The notes under the pieces were generated by a model. The model saw only the letters and a list, made by a program, of their open reading frames with translations. It was not told where the DNA came from and did no database searches. A stretch of 64,000 nucleotides of DNA from Eledone cirrhosa (Eukaryota): NCBI GenBank assembly GCA_964016885.1, contig OZ024741.1, positions 314,402,001 through 314,466,000 on the forward strand, given 5' to 3'. Both the position numbers and the translations under genes were made by a program. Below are positions 62,799-64,000 of this stretch, piece by piece. The number at the start of each line of letters is the position of its first letter. The first letter of the stretch is position 1.

Positions 62799-64000
62799 TA
62801 AAATAACAGATTAAAGTTTAAGCAAAGAATCGCTGCTTTCACCCTTAACGGGATCTTCCGAAACTAACAAAGTCAATCTGTAAACGCAGAACTGGATATT
62901 TCCAAAAACGTTGCAACCGGAGGAAGACAGGAAGACGATACTTTGGTTCGTGGTTACGTTCGCTGGCAAAGAACGGGAAAAAACGAATAATACGTCATTA
63001 ATAGGAGCGGTGAAAAACAATTACGCGCAAAGACAAAACCACGTTTATGGTATAAAAGAGGTCGTAGACTAATGTTCTCTTAGGTGGTGCGGGCCTACAT
63101 AGGGTTAACCGCCAATAGTTTCAAGCAGCGTCTTTACATGCATACCCATTCTTTTCGTTACCCTCTAAGAAGGAATATGACGTCACTTTCAGCTTATATC
63201 TGGAGTCTAAAAGACAACCACACCCAATATAAGTTACACTGGGAGATCCTAGCTAGGGCTAGATCGTATAACGGAAATAAAAGACCATGTGACCTCTGCG
63301 CCGCTGAGGCCCTGGAAATACTATACGCTACAGACCAAATCTTAAACAAATAATCCGAGGCAATTTCGGCTTGTAAACCTAAATTGCACAAAACTTTCCT
63401 GTATTACAGCCCCACGTTATACCCTAACGGATAGCACGATCTATACGTGGATATTTTAGGTCTTGATGTGGGAGCTAAGTATATGTTTTGTTTATTCCTT
63501 TACTTATTTGCATAGGTAAGTATATATTACCCGTATGTTTTGGGAAGGTATGTATACCTTCTCGTACGTATATTTGACTGTTATAGCGTATAATTTTTAC
63601 ATAATCTGGTATTTAGGGTTTGGCTATATGTATACGGGAGTTTTGCGTCCGCGTGAGTGTGCAGGTTCGTACGTATGGTGGGTGTGTGTATATGTGTACA
63701 TCTTGTTTTAGTTGACTTACGTCTCCGAACATTCGTGTATTTATATGTAGGTATGCGTGTGCGCTTGTTATATACGTATTTATTTACTTATATACGTTTA
63801 TATAATTATTTATTTATTTGTACACAAGCATACACACACACACATATTTATATGTGCGTGGTTTTGTATACCCATGGTAAGGTTTTGCGTATGCTTGTGT
63901 ATGTACGTATCTGTTTGCGTGTATGTATTTATTTATTTCTATTATCTTTGTATTGTATTTATTTACTTTGTTCTTAACTCTGTAGCGGAGATTCATTTGG
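62790..64000 (+). mobile_element. Family F PLE: inverted pseudo-LTR (62790-63085) joined to the GIY-YIG end and 3' UTR, running off the window
   Basis: RAYIGLTANSFKQRLYMH...CDLCAAE (63084-63353); the last bases are the reverse complement of about 56335-56375. Confidence 0.88.

Overview
AT-rich, microsatellite-rich eukaryotic DNA made almost entirely of nested, decayed transposable elements. The SINE family and repeat spectrum suggest an octopod cephalopod (inference). Contents: (i) three R4/Dong-clade REL-endonuclease LINEs head-to-tail, separated by (TAA)n (1-8.6 kb); (ii) four L1/Tx1-like LINEs plus isolated 3' tips, all sharing one 3'-terminal motif next to microsatellites; (iii) two RTE LINEs carrying a PHD-like finger; (iv) a CR1-type 3' fragment; (v) a Rep-deleted Helitron and a short non-autonomous Helitron; (vi) about a dozen copies or fragments of a tRNA-derived SINE, including a head-to-tail tetramer; (vii) at least eight Penelope-like element (PLE) remnants. 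One clear host exon was found: a 132-bp phase 1-1 laminin-type EGF exon on the minus strand (59920-60051), missed by the ORF track, so much of the window may be intronic. The most striking hidden layer is RNA structure. Hammerhead ribozyme (HHR) motifs from about seven unrelated sequence families can be folded by hand. Most sit inside long fold-back palindromes flanked by (TA)n, and several have non-standard cores (U3-A8, U4A, U10.1/U11.1). PLE-associated HHRs are a known class; their density, the fold-back modules and the variants are what merit follow-up. Element boundaries are approximate (tens of bp) unless stated as exact.
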